Positions 62,601 through 64,000 of a stretch of 64,000 nt of DNA are shown in pieces (within the stretch, counting starts at the first letter, position 1; each line of letters opens with the position of its first letter). The position numbers and the translations under genes were made by a program. Below the pieces are notes generated by a model. That model saw nothing but the letters and a program-made list of their open reading frames with translations, made no database searches and was not told where the DNA came from. This DNA is from a virus (lineage: Duplodnaviria > Caudoviricetes): the IMG/VR virus record IMGVR_UViG_3300030104_006170. One strand, given 5' to 3'.

Positions 62601-63331
62601 TCAAAATCAACCCTAGTTATTGCCGCTCTACAAAATTCTTCGTCACCCCAAAAAGGTCTAACATCTATAGATTTTTGTTGACTTAGTACTTGAGGTAGAC
62701 TGTCTATAACCACATCATCTCTAAATTTTGCTCCATCAAAATCAGAGTCTGGAAATCCTTTTATCTTAAAATCTTCTGGTAATAAAGAAAAACAACCTAT
62801 GTCACTTACATCAACATCCATTATGATAGTTTGGTCCCCTACTGGAACACCATATATCATAAAGTCACCTGACTCATTAGTTTTAACCGTATACTTATAG
62901 TACTTATCGTACACGTGTTTTACCTCTTGTTTGTTTAAAACATCATTTAATGTAGGAAAACTACCAACTGTAACATGACAGTCAAAGTTTGGTTCACTAC
63001 TTAATAGATTATATCTTTTACCATCTTCAGTTACGTCAAAGGGTTCTTTGAAGGGATAAAGTTCTTTTATTACGAGGTTTTGTTCATCTTCTTCGGTTAG
63101 TGGGATAAATATAGATACTTTGGCGTTTGGTATTCCAAATCCTCCGTTAGTTATAACCCTACCGACAACTACACCAAAATCTGCACACATACGTGTATAA
63201 ACATCTTGTTGTGTTAATGAAAGACTAAGAATTTCAAGTAAGTCAAAGTTTTGGCTGAGTTCAAAAGTTACATTCTTGTCTTTTGCTCCACCAACTCTAA
63301 CATCTGTCCTTACTCTAAATGATTTACCCAT
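59669..63331 (-). CDS. Large baseplate-associated protein with an N-terminal Ig/CarboxypepD_reg-like segment and a long hydrophobic Cys-flanked region
   Basis: GVVVGRVITNGGFGIPNAKVSIF...TNESGDFMIYGVPVG; hydrophobic run of about 65 residues near 61600-61790. Confidence 0.7.
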   Translation of the reverse strand: MGKSFRVRTDVRVGGAKDKNVTFELSQNFDLLEILSLSLTQQDVYTRMCADFGVVVGRVITNGGFGIPNAKVSIFIPLTEEDEQNLVIKELYPFKEPFDVTEDGKRYNLLSSEPNFDCHVTVGSFPTLNDVLNKQEVKHVYDKYYKYTVKTNESGDFMIYGVPVGDQTIIMDVDVSDIGCFSLLPEDFKIKGFPDSDFDGAKFRDDVVIDSLPQVLSQQKSIDVRPFWGDEEFCRAAITRVDFDLGQTGFKLEPNAVFMGSTASDTDKDSVNKNCRPKAAMGELCSLISKPGIIDCIRYTPFFQDDPNAYPAYTAGGWGAPLGGEVPILERFYLPNGGRVIDDTGSFLVHIPMNLDYMTTNEFGEMVLSDDPSIGVPTRARCRFRIRPEQATGGARQRRIASYLVPNIREFYDPWAGDDNGDWPGIDPSSYAFSVNYSDYNPWAQRNLMPAAKDVFYDMTFNRVYTFSQFHDHIKHGGRREFVGIKNILPEADQQCATTAMFFPINSAVRAPSLMVFLWMFLIDFLGMIYMFLTILISTLAVFLSLILGVILFIMWLLCWLWCAIYCIHITLWGFTILDMASLIGPNGAPPEECGQICISGGNCFGCGTDCRYFGLRMGFVLFTLRQTKYPECEKCLCRTMGDMAVTDSLIYLASQWPCPGSLPWGASGNTTASGPPDCPAAPQCPPGNGATGDDFGGKWEHDCCSESDETRVCCPDHYGFRSDDVNDPQTSGTQNDGVAGGGCYVKLICFSPACIGPNYNLKVLIEWTRREKIAQALCNGVMNYFWENSWVSGFLYQFQFRAKVEYDPANDTYATNSSWCKKLTYLHPTEHAFYYRSTPFQVSGIGVNQGNYIGDTDGVYKPWYQFWGGNNTSDMHGKGDMDRHILFPTTMVDMGSRNQCIQQICMDPNYVNECSVTDQIGSTTFQDITELVSDTYNLKMQQPLASMSTFFPRPEYEIGGDVAQALMQNCMLGVVGYEANVGTTACECDYQLNISTTPSNVAPNSGLTYPSPNFVGGTYVPNALNVNDINDPGNFTHTLLWEPLLFTASTQVIMNGQDLIDCLTMELSASSQNVPFYPWHLDNVSSTATVGGQPYGGWGTVWNDWLGTTGEYRYAFGIPGPAMSILPAISFDEEDGSVLHPAPASAPYVSDGNFQHYMGNPPFTFAGNNYPVMNGTIPDSRSYVFSQPLFYYFGLRPGATSFNTFVRKYVDEELADTVI

Positions 63332-63444
63332 AGTTTATATTATTACACCCCCTAAAATAATTTATTGCATTTATGGTGCTTATAACATAAATAGTTCCAC
63401 CATTAAAACTAAAAGTACTTAACATGGGGTTATAGTAAAGATTA

Positions 63445-64000
63445 TTAAAGTACTGGTTTAGATGGTTTCTTGTATCTAATTGCGATGTCTTGGTTTGGAA
63501 AACGTATTTGAAGTACTTCGTTTGGTTGAGCGTAGATAGTATCGTCAATTAACCCTATTTGTTTTGTAGTCGCGTTAACATAAGGTTGTGTTGTTACTGA
63601 TTGTGAATAATTACCCCCTACTTTATTAAAAACTAAAATATCAGTTAGATTTAAGACTCCCGGTTGGTTCATGATAAAAGCTCTTAGGTTACCTAAAGCT
63701 AAGTCTTCACCTAATTCCATTTTGTCAACAGCAAAATAATCACTTATTTTGGTTATAACATTAGTCACTATTTCACCTTCATTTGCATCTTTTTCTAAAA
63801 TTAAGTCAATAGAAAAAGCTAAATCTATCACTCTAGCGGCACCAACAACAACATAGTCGTTTAACATCCTATAATTAGATAAATAATTTGCTATATTATT
63901 TTTAAGAGTCTCACTAACTAATGAAGTTAGTTTACCATCTGGGGTGTATGAAAGTACATTAACGTTAACTTTATTTTCTATTTCTGTCACACCAACTTTT
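63445..64000 (-). CDS. Baseplate wedge subunit (T4 gp6-like), C-terminal part; open to the right edge
   Basis: The frame stays open past 63990 to the window end (KVGVTEIENK...). LKNNIANYLSNYRMLNDYV..GAARVIDL...ITKISDYF...I.QPGV pattern. Confidence 0.7.
   Translation of the reverse strand, partial: KVGVTEIENKVNVNVLSYTPDGKLTSLVSETLKNNIANYLSNYRMLNDYVVVGAARVIDLAFSIDLILEKDANEGEIVTNVITKISDYFAVDKMELGEDLALGNLRAFIMNQPGVLNLTDILVFNKVGGNYSQSVTTQPYVNATTKQIGLIDDTIYAQPNEVLQIRFPNQDIAIRYKKPSKPVL

Noticed and set aside
649-62681. Many short antisense or alternate-frame ORFs in the track (e.g. 649..843, 3926..4180, 12577..12978, 16088..16528, 19394..19918, 27301..27702, 40412..40792, and those inside the giant gene)
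   Set aside because: They lie wholly or largely within longer ORFs that have recognisable domains or tile the operon, and they show the F/L/S/I-rich composition expected from the reverse strand of AT-rich K/E-rich genes.
63324-63548. 74-aa ORF between the gp6-like and 1220-aa genes
   Set aside because: It overlaps the gp6-like gene by 104 nt, has no recognisable features, and the remaining gap contains a TATTTAT motif (63387-63393) more consistent with a regulatory spacer.
1-64000. Stop-codon reassignment (as in some Lak and crAss-like phages)
   Set aside because: Standard-code ORFs tile the window densely, including uninterrupted 3-9 kb genes, and known domains are not broken by TAG or TGA.
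28914-64000. Giant eukaryotic virus (NCLDV) or eukaryotic origin suggested by the Cys-rich repeats
   Set aside because: The bacterial sigma70, peptidoglycan hydrolases, bacterial promoters, translational coupling and contractile-tail baseplate motifs all indicate a bacteriophage.

Overview
This window is part of a large, strongly AT-rich dsDNA tailed phage genome (jumbo/huge myovirus-like). It is read in the standard genetic code and is coded almost entirely on the minus strand; only four credible plus-strand genes were found. The host is most likely in Bacteroidota, probably Flavobacteriia. Support comes from a Bacteroidota-type sigma70, an Hc1 histone-like protein, SprB-like repeats, a DUF6576-like tail, a type II glutamine synthetase, a signal peptide cleaved before Q, and TAnnTTTG promoter boxes. 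The left part (1-28.9 kb) carries auxiliary metabolic genes (glutamine synthetase II, cysteine synthase, HAD phosphatase, DegT aminotransferase, GT2), chaperones (cyclophilin, DnaJ, thioredoxin-like), three peptidoglycan hydrolases, a DHH phosphoesterase, a DruA-like protein, a sigma factor, probable head and lysis proteins, and recombination/replication genes (SbcC, SbcD, PD-(D/E)XK nuclease, primase, RuvC-like resolvase). The right part (28.9-64 kb) is a tail/baseplate module of very large proteins, including a 2894-aa cysteine- and proline-rich mosaic repeat protein. The most notable observations are: (i) Cys-rich giant virion proteins alongside a candidate phage-encoded cysteine-supply and folding set; (ii) a shared N-terminal leader (M-K/R-I-x-I-T-x-x-Q...L-V/I-x-E) on three unrelated enzymes; (iii) two promoter classes, one fixed 34-35 nt before ATG and so implying leaderless mRNAs; (iv) a hairpin holding a putative late promoter in its loop directly before a cell-wall hydrolase, as in T4 gene e control. 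No tRNA, rRNA, CRISPR array, IS element or integrase was recognised. All family assignments come from motif recognition by eye, not from database searches.
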